Virus record (IMG/VR): IMGVR_UViG_3300029930_000001
Location: 10,935-74,934 of that record
Length of the DNA stretch: 64,000 nt
Source of the DNA: a virus
Taxonomy: Duplodnaviria; Caudoviricetes
Strand: one strand, 5' to 3'
Shown: one piece after another, positions 1 through 7,814 of the stretch
Position numbering within the stretch: the first letter of the stretch is position 1
How the letters are laid out: every line of letters begins with the position of its first letter
Translations under genes and position numbers: made by a program
Notes under the pieces: model-generated
What the model saw: only the letters and a program-made list of their open reading frames with translations
Database searches by the model: none
Told to the model about the DNA's origin: nothing

Positions 1-144
1 CGTCTAGACAGAGCTGGACGGAAAGCTGCATCTAGCCAATGCCAGACAGCAGCTTCGCTACGTCTATCGTAACAGACGCTGTGGGGAGTTGTTTTGTCCC
101 TGTTGTCCCGATGCTGGTATAGTAAGGCTTTTCAAGGGGCAAGC

Positions 145-840
145 ATGGTGCAGGAGAAGCCGAAAAAGCGCAAAACGACGGGATGGGTGTATGTGGTGCA
201 ATGGTCGTCAATGCCATGGCACGTGAAAATTGGCTTTTCCAAATCGCTGAAGGATCGTTTTGCATCGTTCCTTACGGCCTCTCCAGACACGCTGGTGGTT
301 GTAAAGGCTTTTGAAGCGGACCAGGAAGACGAAGCAGATCTTCACGGACGCTTCCAAGCCAGTCGAGATGTGGGCGAATGGTTTCGCCTTTCTCCATCGT
401 TAAAAACCTTTTTAGAAAGCGAAGCGCCTTGTCAAACGCTGGAAGCGAAGGTGAAATTTGGGAGAGGGTATGAGGATCGCATTAAATGGCTGCCAATGCG
501 ACCACGGCTAGAGGAGGTGCTACAAGAGCTGCATCAAGAAAAGCGTTTGCCTCGTTTCGTGAGGAATGCACGTATTTACGTGTTGTGGGCTTTGAATGAT
601 TTAGAGCTTTGTGATTATTTTGCCACTTCCAATGCCATCATTCATCATGAAGCCAATCGCAATGCTTATCAAGCAAAAACGATTTACAACCAATTGATAG
701 CATTAGAGGAGGAGGGTCTTATCGAGAAGAACCAAGGGAAAGTATTTGCTTTGCTTCCGAAAGGTTTTGAAGAACTTGGCAAAGCGGAAGATGAGCACGC
801 GGCAAAACGGAAAAGCGCAAGAAGCTTAAGACTTGGTTAA
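145..840 (+). CDS. T5orf172/GIY-YIG-like domain protein with possible C-terminal winged helix
   Basis: GWVYVVQ...VKIGFS...RF...L...E..LH..F...R..GEWF is the T5orf172/MUG113 pattern; ATG at 145 preferred over TTG at 94. Confidence 0.7.
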   Translation: MVQEKPKKRKTTGWVYVVQWSSMPWHVKIGFSKSLKDRFASFLTASPDTLVVVKAFEADQEDEADLHGRFQASRDVGEWFRLSPSLKTFLESEAPCQTLEAKVKFGRGYEDRIKWLPMRPRLEEVLQELHQEKRLPRFVRNARIYVLWALNDLELCDYFATSNAIIHHEANRNAYQAKTIYNQLIALEEEGLIEKNQGKVFALLPKGFEELGKAEDEHAAKRKSARSLRLG

Positions 841-915
841 AAAGAAGAATTGTATTAAAGGCTTCTTGCAGATGGTTGAATAGTGACTAGCGTATATTGA
901 TTCTGCAAAATAACT

Positions 916-1107
916 ATGTGGGGATTGCCAGAACGTCAGCCATTTAATATTGGCCCCTACAAGATGTGGCCTTGCTATAGCAAGCCTGAGTTTCAATGGT
1001 TTGCGGCAATCAATGGCAGCCCCCACTATTTCAAAAGCACGAACGATGCCAAGCTTTTTGTGCGCGACCTTTTAGCGGAGCATGACGAGGAAGGGCTCTG
1101 TGATTAA
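916..1107 (+). CDS. hypothetical protein
   Basis: 63-aa ORF in the same orientation as its neighbours, ATG start. Confidence 0.55.
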   Translation: MWGLPERQPFNIGPYKMWPCYSKPEFQWFAAINGSPHYFKSTNDAKLFVRDLLAEHDEEGLCD

Positions 1108-1164
1108 GGAAAATTTCCGCTTCTCCATTGCTCTATTGCGCTAGTCTTCCTTTTGTTAATCGCG

Positions 1165-1186
1165 GGGGACCATGGTCCCCTTTTGT
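1165..1186 (+). terminator. probable intrinsic terminator upstream of nrdA
   Basis: GGGGACCATGGTCCCC palindrome followed by TTTTG. Confidence 0.5.
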
Positions 1187-1192
1187 TGTCTT

Positions 1193-2623
1193 ATGAAGCT
1201 GAAGGAAAAGGCAAAATGTGAGCCGATTGCTCGGACGGGGCGCGTGCAAGATTGGCTTGATGATCCTGAAAGCAGGCTTGCTGTTAGCTGCACCACGTTT
1301 GTAGTGGACGATTCAATGGAAGGGCCGGACGGCATTGAAGCCTCGTGGCGCTTTGTGAGTCATGCTCTTCGTAATGCCGCTGGCGCTGCAGTGCATCTTT
1401 CCGAGCTGCGTCCCAAAGGCGAAGATAATGGCAAAGGGCTGATTGCTAGCGGGCCAGTAAGTTTTGCAAAGATTTACAGCAAGCTCAACGAAATTCTTCG
1501 TCGCGGCGGAAAATTTCGCAATGGTGCAGTTACTTTGCATTTGGACTACACGCATCCCGATGCCATCGAATTTGTTTCTACTTCCCGCAGCGAACTTCCT
1601 TGGGCCAAGCGTTGCTTGAACGTCGATAGTAATTTTCTTTCTGCATCGTCTCCTGAGCTGATCAATGCCTGTCTTCGTGCCATCTCTTCTGGCGATCTCT
1701 GGCTCAACAAAATCCGCTATGACCACAATGGGAAGCGGCTGCGACCAAACGTTTGCCTTGAGGTATACCTTCCGCATCGCGGCACTTGTCTTTTGCAGCA
1801 CGTTAATTTGGGCGCATGTTCGTTGGACATGGTTGAAGGAGCGTTTATTGAAGGCATGAGCCAATTATGCGAGCTCCATCCCAATACGGGCGTGGGCGAC
1901 ACTGGTGAATATCTTCCTCCTTCCATTGACAAGCAAGTTGGCCTGGGTATTCTTGGTCTTGCTAATTTTCTGGCCATTCAAGGCGTGAGCTATAAGGATT
2001 TCGGCGATGCGCTAGAGGCGTATCTTGAGGAAGACCCTCATCCTTGGTGCCACCATTGGAAGGATACCGTGGCCGGAAAAACAGTCCACGCTTTGGACAA
2101 AGGCATTCAAAGCGCTGCTGAAATTGCTCTCGCGCATGGAATGGACCGTGCTTTCTGCATTGCTCCCACTGCGTCGTGCTCCTATCGCTATTTGGATAGT
2201 AGTGGCTTTACTGCTGCCCCTGAAATCGCACCCCCCATTGATCGCCTTGTTGATCGCGACAGCGAAACCATGGGTGTTGAGCGTTTTGAATATGGGTCGG
2301 TAGAAATTGCAGAGGAAGTTGGCTGGAAAGCTTTCCGTAAAGTTGCCGATGGCATTTGCACTCTTTTCCATCGCACTAGCTTATTCCATGGTTATTCGAT
2401 GAACTGGTGGAGTGATATGGTTTCTTGTGATGAGGCTTTCATTCAAGAATGGCTTGATAGCCCGCAAACTTCCATCTATTATGCCCTTCAAGTGCAAGCT
2501 GGCACTCAAGCCAAGGACGATGTTGGAGTAGAATTAGGAGAGAGCTTGAGCAGTTTCTTCTCCCTTGAGGAGAGCGAAAGCTGTTCACTGGATGGGGGCT
2601 TTTGCAGTTCTTGCGCTGAGTAG
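1193..2623 (+). CDS. nrdA: ribonucleotide reductase alpha subunit, minimal cyanophage (P-SSP7-like) type
   Basis: VSC, catalytic NVCLE, IAPTASCS, C-terminal CSSC pair; no ATP cone; ATG at 1172 lies inside a hairpin, so 1193 is preferred. Confidence 0.9.
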   Translation: MKLKEKAKCEPIARTGRVQDWLDDPESRLAVSCTTFVVDDSMEGPDGIEASWRFVSHALRNAAGAAVHLSELRPKGEDNGKGLIASGPVSFAKIYSKLNEILRRGGKFRNGAVTLHLDYTHPDAIEFVSTSRSELPWAKRCLNVDSNFLSASSPELINACLRAISSGDLWLNKIRYDHNGKRLRPNVCLEVYLPHRGTCLLQHVNLGACSLDMVEGAFIEGMSQLCELHPNTGVGDTGEYLPPSIDKQVGLGILGLANFLAIQGVSYKDFGDALEAYLEEDPHPWCHHWKDTVAGKTVHALDKGIQSAAEIALAHGMDRAFCIAPTASCSYRYLDSSGFTAAPEIAPPIDRLVDRDSETMGVERFEYGSVEIAEEVGWKAFRKVADGICTLFHRTSLFHGYSMNWWSDMVSCDEAFIQEWLDSPQTSIYYALQVQAGTQAKDDVGVELGESLSSFFSLEESESCSLDGGFCSSCAE

Positions 2624-2638
2624 TCCCGATTGATTAAC

Positions 2639-2660
2639 GGGCAGCTTTCGCTGCCCTTTG
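2639..2660 (+). terminator. hairpin between nrdA and nrdB
   Basis: GGGCAGC-TTTC-GCTGCCC then TTTG. Confidence 0.5.
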
Positions 2661-2691
2661 TTGTCTCTTTTTACCATCGTTTGTAATCAAA

Positions 2692-3417
2692 ATGGCAGTT
2701 CAAGATTATTTTTCGGCAGTTGCTCGTAAGCGTCCTTGGCAGGCAGTGCCTGTTACCAAGGGGGAGTTTGTCAATGGCTCGGAAGAGACCATTTTCCGTG
2801 CATTGGCGATTCGTCATCTTGAGCTTCCCGTCAAGGACATGTTGTTAGAGGGGCTTGAGCGTGAGCTTCCCGATTCTCCTGGTCTTGTTGAAAGCATCTA
2901 TAGCAACATCAAGGATGAAGAGCGTCATGATGAGGCCTTGAATTACGTTGCCGTTGCTCATGGCGTAGATGAGAAGGCAGAAAAGGAAGCTTTGAAGATT
3001 CGCAAAGCTTGGGCCGAGCATCCTGCTCACCCTATTGCAAAAGTGGCCGTGCTTGAGCGGAGCTTGTTCTTTACTATTCTTCCTTTTTTCCGCTTCAATG
3101 GAGACAAGGGTCTGCGTACTGTGGCGACGGACATTTCTCGCGATGAGATCTGCCATGCTTTTTGTCATACAAAAATTTGTGAAGAGGCTGGAGAGAAGTA
3201 TGGCGAAAGCTTGAACAAACTTCGCAAGATGACTGCGCTTTGGATTTATGACAAGCTTGGTGCATCGTCCAATAAGTATCTTGATAAAGATTTTTGGCTG
3301 CGCCAAAGTGATGCATTATTTATCAACGGCAGGGCTCCTGAGCTCAATGAAACTCGCGCCAGCACAGTTCCGGCTTTCTTTGAAACGAATGCGCTAAATT
3401 TGCCGTCCTATGGTTGA
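2692..3417 (+). CDS. nrdB: ribonucleotide reductase beta subunit (ferritin-like, dimetal)
   Basis: E44, D-E76-E-R-H79, E122, D-E152-I-C-H155 ligands; directly follows nrdA. Confidence 0.8.
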   Translation: MAVQDYFSAVARKRPWQAVPVTKGEFVNGSEETIFRALAIRHLELPVKDMLLEGLERELPDSPGLVESIYSNIKDEERHDEALNYVAVAHGVDEKAEKEALKIRKAWAEHPAHPIAKVAVLERSLFFTILPFFRFNGDKGLRTVATDISRDEICHAFCHTKICEEAGEKYGESLNKLRKMTALWIYDKLGASSNKYLDKDFWLRQSDALFINGRAPELNETRASTVPAFFETNALNLPSYG

Positions 3418-3474
3418 GTAGGCTTTTCCGACTTATCTATGCTACGATAGCGGGGCAATGTCTCCGCTATTTTT

Positions 3475-4143
3475 ATGGAAGAAATCTGGAAGCCCATTCC
3501 AGGGTATGAAGCATGCTACGAAGCATCAAGTATTGGGCGCGTTCGCTCGCGCAGAAGGGTCGTGATTGACGTTAAGGAAGGCAGGCAGCGCAAGCGTGTT
3601 TTCAAGGAGCGCATTCTTTCGCCCAATATATCGGCAAAGCATGGACGCCCCTCTGTGATGCTATCTGTCCAGGGGCAAACAAAGCGCATTCTTGTCGCGC
3701 GATTGGTTTGCCTTGCTTTCCATGGACTACCGCCAGAAGGAAAAACCAATGTTTTACATTATGACGACAATAGCGATAATAATGTGCCTGAGAATTTGCG
3801 ATGGGGAACGCTTAAAGAAAACGCCGCAGACATGCGTCGCAACCTCGGTTATTGGCCTGCCTATATCGATGGTCGTTCATTGCGGCCACGAAAGCCACTG
3901 GGGGATCCCCTTATGAACGAAGCACAAGTGAGAGTGCTCCGTCGACTCCCTGACATGCGCCATCTTAGGGGAATTAGGACTGACTTGGCTAATGCTTGGG
4001 GAGTAAAGCCTACTAGCATTACAAGTGCGAAGAATGGCGGCAAGGGGTGGGAAGAGCTTTCCACCGAGCCACTTTGGGATATGGCAGAGCGGCTCTCGGG
4101 CAAGTTTATTGGGAGGGAAAGGCCCAAAAGGAAAGCTTGCTAA
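3475..4143 (+). CDS. NUMOD4-HNH homing endonuclease
   Basis: EEIWKPIPGYE..YE.SS.GRVRS (NUMOD4) and RLV..AF....VLH.DDN..NN..ENLRWGT..EN (HNH_3). Confidence 0.85.
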   Translation: MEEIWKPIPGYEACYEASSIGRVRSRRRVVIDVKEGRQRKRVFKERILSPNISAKHGRPSVMLSVQGQTKRILVARLVCLAFHGLPPEGKTNVLHYDDNSDNNVPENLRWGTLKENAADMRRNLGYWPAYIDGRSLRPRKPLGDPLMNEAQVRVLRRLPDMRHLRGIRTDLANAWGVKPTSITSAKNGGKGWEELSTEPLWDMAERLSGKFIGRERPKRKAC

Positions 4144-4184
4144 ATTTGCCTGTCTACAGCAGGGCTTGATGCTATATTGATCAA

Positions 4185-4280
4185 GACCCAGTGCCGGGTC
4201 GCGATGGCAGGCACTCGCCATCGTTCCAAATGATAGAGCCTAAGCCTCTGTCCAGTCCTTGAGGCTGGTTACGCTTAGGC
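4185..4280 (+). ncRNA. putative structured ncRNA with kissing-loop pair
   Basis: Stems GACCC/GGGTC, CGATGGC/GCCATCG and GCCTAAGC/GCTTAGGC; loop 1 AGTGCC is complementary to loop 2 GGCACT; TG-C-TATATT -10 at 4170-4178. Confidence 0.5.
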
Positions 4281-4284
4281 CATT

Positions 4285-4353
4285 TGCGCTGAAGTGTTGG
4301 TACACGCTAGGCACATAGCCTAGAATCCTGGAGTTCGATTCCCAGCAGCGCCT
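4285..4353 (+). tRNA. atypical tRNA-like element, anticodon CAT
   Basis: Acceptor GCGCTG/CAGCGC, D stem GTGT/ACAC with 4-nt loop, anticodon stem CTAGG/CCTAG, TTCGATT T-loop; A33, a bulge in the T stem and a 1:72 mismatch. Confidence 0.55.
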
Positions 4354-4366
4354 TTTCTATTGAGCC

Positions 4367-4951
4367 ATGAGCGCTTTCGTCACATCGGATACGCATCTAG
4401 GCCACGCCAAGATGCTGACGTTTATTCACACTGACGGCACTCCCGTGCGCTCTTTTGCTTCTCTAGAAGAGATGCATGAGACTATTGTTGAGCGATGGAA
4501 CAAGACGGTGCATCCTCGCGATACTGTTTACCACTTGGGAGACGTGGCCATCCCTCGCAGTGGACTGCGCGTATTAGAGCGACTCAATGGTAGGAAGATA
4601 TTAGTAAGGGGCAATCACGACATATTTAAGCTGCAAGACTATGCAAAGTATTTTGAAGATATTCGTGGATGCTTTTATCGTGATGGCTTAATGTTTAGCC
4701 ATGTTCCCTTGCATCGTGATTGTTTTGCAGCCGATCCGTACCATAAGCATTTAGGGAATGTTCACGGGCACATGCACAGGCATTTAGTGATGTACAACGG
4801 AAAGCCTGATCAATACTTTTTCAATGCATGTGTGGAGCAGCATGACTACTTTCCGGTAGCATTGGAAGACATAAAGGCGTATTTTGCCCATGGACGGCAG
4901 GCGCACGTTCAACACGCCGATCAGGGAGCCATGGAACGCTCCCATCCATAA
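4367..4951 (+). CDS. calcineurin-like metallophosphoesterase
   Basis: SDTHLGH, YHLGDV, GNHD, SHVP, HGHMH motifs. Confidence 0.9.
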   Translation: MSAFVTSDTHLGHAKMLTFIHTDGTPVRSFASLEEMHETIVERWNKTVHPRDTVYHLGDVAIPRSGLRVLERLNGRKILVRGNHDIFKLQDYAKYFEDIRGCFYRDGLMFSHVPLHRDCFAADPYHKHLGNVHGHMHRHLVMYNGKPDQYFFNACVEQHDYFPVALEDIKAYFAHGRQAHVQHADQGAMERSHP

Positions 4952-5135
4952 TCTCCTTAAGGCCATTGATAATCACATGGCCTTATATTTTGTCACGAGA
5001 GACACTTGGCATTTAGAGAAGGCTGATATGCTGCGCGGGTATTTGCATGAACTAAAATCTTGGATACATGCAGAGGAGCGAAAGGATGTGGAGGCTATGG
5101 GCAAAGGCGCTGGGAAGCAAGGAGACGAAGTGTAA
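4884..5135 (+). CDS. hypothetical protein
   Basis: ORF overlapping both neighbours in operon-like fashion. Confidence 0.55.
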   Translation: MPMDGRRTFNTPIREPWNAPIHNLLKAIDNHMALYFVTRDTWHLEKADMLRGYLHELKSWIHAEERKDVEAMGKGAGKQGDEV

Positions 5136-5295
5136 TAAAGAAGCAGACAGAATCGCCTTTGTTCGTACCATCATCTTTGCATCGTATTTAATTACCAATG
5201 CTTTTATTGTTGCTGGCGTAGTGAGGCATTGGAATGATGAGCAACCAAAAGGTTGCGTCGAGACAATAAAAAAGGGAGCTTTCGCTCCCCATTGA
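5068..5295 (+). CDS. small membrane protein
   Basis: WRLWAKALG.K....N.EADRIA.VRT followed by a hydrophobic helix. Confidence 0.55.
   Translation: MQRSERMWRLWAKALGSKETKCNKEADRIAFVRTIIFASYLITNAFIVAGVVRHWNDEQPKGCVETIKKGAFAPH
5270..5291. terminator. hairpin terminator for the minus-strand tRNA transcript
   Basis: AAAAAA-GGGAGC-TTTC-GCTCCC between convergent units. Confidence 0.55.
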
Positions 5296-5316
5296 TCATG
5301 CTTGCTTTGTGGCAAA

Positions 5317-5400
5317 TGCGACGAGCGGGACTTGAACCCGCACGATCTGACGATCAACAGATTTTAAGTCTGGGGCGTCTACCAATTCCGCCACCGTCGC
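5317..5400 (-). tRNA. trnL: tRNA-Leu(UAA), intron-less, CCA not encoded
   Basis: GCGACGG TG GCGGAATTGGTAGACGC C CCAGA CTTAAAA TCTGT long variable arm GCGGG TTCAAGT CCCGC TCGTCGC A. Confidence 0.95.
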
Positions 5401-5575
5401 AAGATGACAGGGGCGTCGAGAGCGGGGCTTCAATCCGCCTTTGTACGACATTTCACCATGAGTTGGCCCATGGCCCCTGTTCCCCTGTGGTCTGTAGAGA
5501 CAACGCTGCCATTGTCTCGTTTTAACGCTGCGCAGCGTGCTTCGCGAAAGCCCCAAAAGCATAGCGTATACAGTG

Positions 5576-5839
5576 CTACACGTCGTATTCTCGGCAGCTT
5601 TGGTCTTCGGGATGGGCGCGGCAGTAGTCGTCAAACGTGGCCTCGGGCTGAGGGGCAATGCCAAGCTCTTCTGCTTGTTTCAAACGACGGGCATAATCTC
5701 GCAACTTGGGCAGCAAAGTGGGAATGTAGAGATGTTCAGCGGCTAAGAGCTGTAGGGCCGTTTGTCTATTGGAGCTGCCACATTCAAGCAAGGAAGTAAG
5801 AAACCACACTTCCTTCATAGATAATTTGCAATAGTTCAT
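5576..5839 (-). CDS. hypothetical protein
   Basis: 87-aa ATG ORF downstream of terL. Confidence 0.55.
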   Translation of the reverse strand: MNYCKLSMKEVWFLTSLLECGSSNRQTALQLLAAEHLYIPTLLPKLRDYARRLKQAEELGIAPQPEATFDDYCRAHPEDQSCREYDV

Positions 5840-5883
5840 TTCATAAGAGAATTACGCCTTGAAAATCATACTAAGAGAACACA

Positions 5884-7251
5884 CTACGAGATCAAGCTTT
5901 CAATCCAGCCAATGTCATCGTCGCGACTAGCAGCAAGAATGGCGCCTGCCATTGCAAAAGCAAAGTCGTCAATGCCAGTAGCTTTGCCGCCAGTTACGCT
6001 CCATTGCCCGCTTTGTTTGTAGACAACAGTGAGATTCTTTAATTGAAGAATGGCCTTCTCATGGTTGTAAAGATTGATTTGTCCTGCATTGAACAGTTCA
6101 CGCATTTTGCTGAAAGCTTTCATTTTGGAGCTAACAGTCCAAGTGAGTTCAGTGATGGGCAAGTCTTGAGCAAGGTGCTGGATGGTGCCGGCACTATTGA
6201 ACTGGTCCATCACAATCGTGTCAAACACATAAAGCTTATGTTGCTCCTTAATCCAATCTTCCACTGCATTGATATTCACTTCCATCCTTCCATTGATTTC
6301 AAAATCAGCAACAAAGGAATGGAATTTATCAACGACTAACGTGCCGCCTTCAAAATGCACAATACAAGCAGTGTAATCATCACGGCCAACTCCGCCCCGG
6401 GCAGGGTCAAGGGCCAAGACATAAGCTCCTTGGAAGCGTGGGTCTGGGGGGAGAGTTTTTCGGCGCTCATCAATACAGGCATCAATAACATCACTAGCAA
6501 CGAGAGCCGAGAGGTTGGTGGAGAATTGAGCTCCATATTCAACTTTAAACTTCTCCGGATCACGCGCCCGTTCTGTGTCAAGAAACTCTTGCGAAATATT
6601 TGGGTTCATCTCCCACGTTGGGAGATTCACTGCTTGCATGAATGGGAAACGGCCAGAGCTTGCTTCTTTGAAATGCTGGTAGAAGATGCCGTCCGTCAAC
6701 CATGGAGAGGATAGTTCAAGAATGCGTCCACTTCCTCCAAACTGAGCAATAGCAGGAGAAAGTGCGTCGTAGATACCTCTTCCTCCACTGTTTGCATCGC
6801 CTTCAGTGGCAAAAGCAAGTTCGTCAAACACTGCAGCCGCACAGGCAAGACCACGGGCAGCGCGACCAGAAGTGGGAATAGCTTTAAAAACGCAGTTGTT
6901 GCTAATTTCAAGGATGTCTGCTGTTTCGCGAACAATCTCTTGAGCGAAGGGACTGTCAAGAATTAGTTGGCGAATATTATTGAGAGCAATGCGAGCCTGA
7001 TCTTGACTGTTGGCGACGGTAACAATGTACCAGCGCTCCCCTTTTCTTACGCGGCTGCGGTATTGATCTTCCAGGACAAAGCACATATAGGCGCATGCCA
7101 CTGCAGCCATGAGCGTTTTGCCTGAGCGTCGGCCCAATGCCCATACGGCATGGCTCTTGCCTGGAGAGAAGAAATTGTCGAGGATTTTCGCCTGTGACGG
7201 GAAAAGCTCTAGCTTGAGAGCGTGCTTGGCGAAGTCTGAGCATTTAAGCAT
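5884..7251 (-). CDS. terL: terminase large subunit
   Basis: Walker A GRRSGKT, Walker B AVFDE, RNase H-like LALDP...D nuclease, C-terminal DDFAFA. Confidence 0.9.
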   Translation of the reverse strand: MLKCSDFAKHALKLELFPSQAKILDNFFSPGKSHAVWALGRRSGKTLMAAVACAYMCFVLEDQYRSRVRKGERWYIVTVANSQDQARIALNNIRQLILDSPFAQEIVRETADILEISNNCVFKAIPTSGRAARGLACAAAVFDELAFATEGDANSGGRGIYDALSPAIAQFGGSGRILELSSPWLTDGIFYQHFKEASSGRFPFMQAVNLPTWEMNPNISQEFLDTERARDPEKFKVEYGAQFSTNLSALVASDVIDACIDERRKTLPPDPRFQGAYVLALDPARGGVGRDDYTACIVHFEGGTLVVDKFHSFVADFEINGRMEVNINAVEDWIKEQHKLYVFDTIVMDQFNSAGTIQHLAQDLPITELTWTVSSKMKAFSKMRELFNAGQINLYNHEKAILQLKNLTVVYKQSGQWSVTGGKATGIDDFAFAMAGAILAASRDDDIGWIESLIS

Positions 7252-7757
7252 GGAAGGGAGAGCAATGGAGAGAGTGCTTCTTTAGGAACAAAATATGCTG
7301 GTCGTCCTTTAGCTGGATCCTTTTTCCATTGCTCTTGCATTGCATCTTCACTCTTTATCCAGCCATGAATAAGAGTGAGTTTGTTTTGCATTGTAACGAG
7401 GACCAAGATTTTTCCTGGCTTCTCGTCTAATTGACAGATGAGATCGTAGTAATGGCTAGAGCGCGTCTTCACGTCAATATTGGGAGGGAGATCGTACGAG
7501 CCGCGTTTTGCCGTGGTTTCTTGATAGAGGAATTCGCGAAGGTGCAGGTAGTCAGCAACTGCTAGTTCACCTGCTGCACCGAGTTTGTGGGCGTACAGAG
7601 CTGCGCCGCCCAATTCCGGCCCACCATTGCGCCCTTTTAAGCCTTTCTTTTCATTAATGCGCTGCCTGCGTGCTGCTTCAATCCTAACAATTTCCTTATC
7701 TTCCTCGCTAAAGGCAAAAACGAGCGGCGAATAGGCCATGCTGTCCATAGCAAGCAA
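7209..7757 (-). CDS. hypothetical protein, possible PD-(D/E)XK fold
   Basis: G.AGELAVA...D....IDVKT pattern. Confidence 0.45.
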   Translation of the reverse strand: MLAMDSMAYSPLVFAFSEEDKEIVRIEAARRQRINEKKGLKGRNGGPELGGAALYAHKLGAAGELAVADYLHLREFLYQETTAKRGSYDLPPNIDVKTRSSHYYDLICQLDEKPGKILVLVTMQNKLTLIHGWIKSEDAMQEQWKKDPAKGRPAYFVPKEALSPLLSLPCLNAQTSPSTLSS

Positions 7758-7814
7758 GCCAATCTAGCCAGCTTGTAGAATGAGGGCAATACAGTATGGC
7801 CATAATTAGTTCTT

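Noticed and set aside
1193-7251. Inteins or group I introns in nrdA, terL or tRNA-Leu
   Set aside because: The proteins are compact and continuous with no C...HN splice motifs, and the tRNA anticodon loop is intact. The NUMOD4-HNH gene is free-standing.
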